Below are positions 26,875 through 27,028 of a DNA stretch of 27,028 bases, piece after piece (within the stretch, counting starts at the first letter, position 1; each line of letters begins with the position of its first letter). The stretch covers positions 1 to 27,028 of the forward strand of contig NJBI01000048.1 of the NCBI GenBank assembly GCA_005222975.1, read 5' to 3'. Source of the DNA: Promethearchaeota archaeon Loki_b31 (GTDB taxonomy: Archaea > Asgardarchaeota > Lokiarchaeia > Sigyniarchaeales > SOKP01). Under the pieces are notes generated by a model that ran no database searches, was not told the origin of the DNA, and saw only the letters and a list, made by a program, of their open reading frames with translations. Position numbers and translations under genes: made by a program.

Positions 26875-27028
26875 TTATTTTTTTATACCTAAAATTTCTT
26901 TAGCTTCATCGACAGTAGCGACTTCTTTTCCGATTTCTTTAGCTATTCTAACCATTCTTTTTACTAGTTGAGCATTACCTTGAGCAAGTTCTCCTTTTCC
27001 ATAATAAATAGTATCTTCCAAACCAGTC
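26875..27028 (-). CDS. Beta-keto acid cleavage enzyme (BKACE/DUF849, Kce-like), 3' end only
   Basis: My translation: TGLEDTIYYGKGELAQGNAQLVKRMVRIAKEIGKEVATVDEAKEILGIKK*, with the GLED and N..LV..AT..EA..ILG motifs. Absent from the ORF track. Confidence 0.88.
   Translation of the reverse strand, partial: TGLEDTIYYGKGELAQGNAQLVKRMVRIAKEIGKEVATVDEAKEILGIKK

Overview
AT-rich, archaeal-style window (TATA-like boxes about 25 bp upstream of leaderless starts, oligo-T ends, occasional GGAGG/GGTGA SD). The gene-family mix suggests a Lokiarchaeia/Asgard genome, which is inference only. The left edge holds a truncated ISL3-like element whose transposase needs a -1 frameshift at A_AAA_AAG. Next come a P2A/SERCA-like P-type ATPase with a rewritten ion-binding site (TM4 PINIP instead of PEGLP), a RimJ/SpeG-type GNAT, two divergent LLM oxidoreductases, a compact HDAC-family deacetylase and a Cys-rich 4Fe-4S protein. 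Threonine-catabolism genes tdh and kbl are divergent but separated by about 4 kb holding a membrane-anchored Ig/cadherin-like protein, an 850-bp gene-free gap with repeats and hairpins, and a membrane-anchored HerA/DUF87-type ATPase. The right half has a PIN/UPF0175 toxin-antitoxin pair, two hydrolases, a TAT-less reductive-dehalogenase-like protein, two MFS transporters, a PK_C-fold protein, a tandem DUF4332 protein, a UroD/MtbA-fold protein and the 3' end of a BKACE gene. No rRNA, tRNA or CRISPR array was recognised. All family assignments come from motif recognition by eye, not from database searches.
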